DNA from: Eledone cirrhosa
Lineage: Eukaryota
Assembly: GCA_964016885.1 (NCBI GenBank)
Contig: OZ024749.1
Span: forward strand, 6,944,001 to 7,008,000
Length of the DNA stretch: 64,000 nucleotides
Direction: 5' to 3'
Shown here: one piece after another, positions 63,393-64,000 of the stretch
How the letters are laid out: the number at the start of each line of letters is the position of its first letter
Position numbering within the stretch: position 1 is the stretch's first letter
Made by a program: the position numbers and the translations under genes
The notes under the pieces: model-generated
What the model was told of the DNA's origin: nothing
The model's database searches: none
What the model saw: only the letters and a program-made list of their open reading frames with translations

Positions 63393-64000
63393 TTTATTTT
63401 TATATGGTTTCGTTAAAATTCCGAAACCTGATATTATGCTTAATGACAAATTACTGCGATATCTCAAGATAAAGGGAATAAAGAAAATACGAGATTAATC
63501 GCAGTTTTGGTTTTTTTTTAATATTTTCTCCCTTTTTCAAATTTCAAATTAAGATCGATATGACCATATACAATTATATCTTGTATTCCCTCTCTCATTG
63601 TATCTGTGTGGGTCCATAAATTTATATATATCTGTGTGTGTGTGTGTGTGTGTATCTATATCTATATATATATATATAATAATGAAATATTGTGTACAGT
63701 GCTCAGGTGCACTACAACTCATCAAAAAGTGTATGTATAGTATATAGGGTAATGTACAAACGTCAGGAAAATGAACAGTGCATGAGTATATATATATGCA
63801 TGTCTGTGTGTGTGTATTAAATATTAATGCAGAACACATAAGACAAATTTAATGTAGATATAAATCAGGTCTTTGAAATAGATGCCTAGCTGTGAATGGA
63901 AGGAATTGTAAACTCACTTTCTACACAGAAAAATTAAAAGGTATGTATGTATGTATATATATATATATACATGAAGGACCCCTAGCCTTTGTCAGGGCAT

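Noticed and set aside
63405-63430. ggtttcg...cgaaacc mini palindrome as a mirrored hammerhead
   Set aside because: 7-bp arms are within chance expectation

Overview
Very AT-rich, repeat-dominated eukaryotic DNA. The microsatellite load and the SINE/RTE repertoire suggest an octopod cephalopod (inference only). Almost all of the ORF track is (TA)n/(CA)n noise. Supported content: five large RTE-clade LINE copies plus many short 3' remnants, all carrying a PHD-like C4HC3 finger inside the RT; one CR1/L2-group LINE with an intact 5'-truncated ORF; one decayed L1/Tx1-group LINE; two tRNA-derived SINE families; three Helitrons; TTAA MITEs; a probable solo LTR; and six minisatellite arrays. A phase-consistent chain of five small minus-strand exons suggests the whole window is intronic space of one host gene. 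The most unusual signal is a set of short elements embedded in (TA)n that carry type I hammerhead-ribozyme motifs (Penelope-like/retrozyme-like). Alongside them are perfect palindromes that look like hammerheads whose CTGANGA half was overwritten by a mirror copy of the GAAAC-stem III half. All calls were made by eye; boundaries are approximate and no database search was run.
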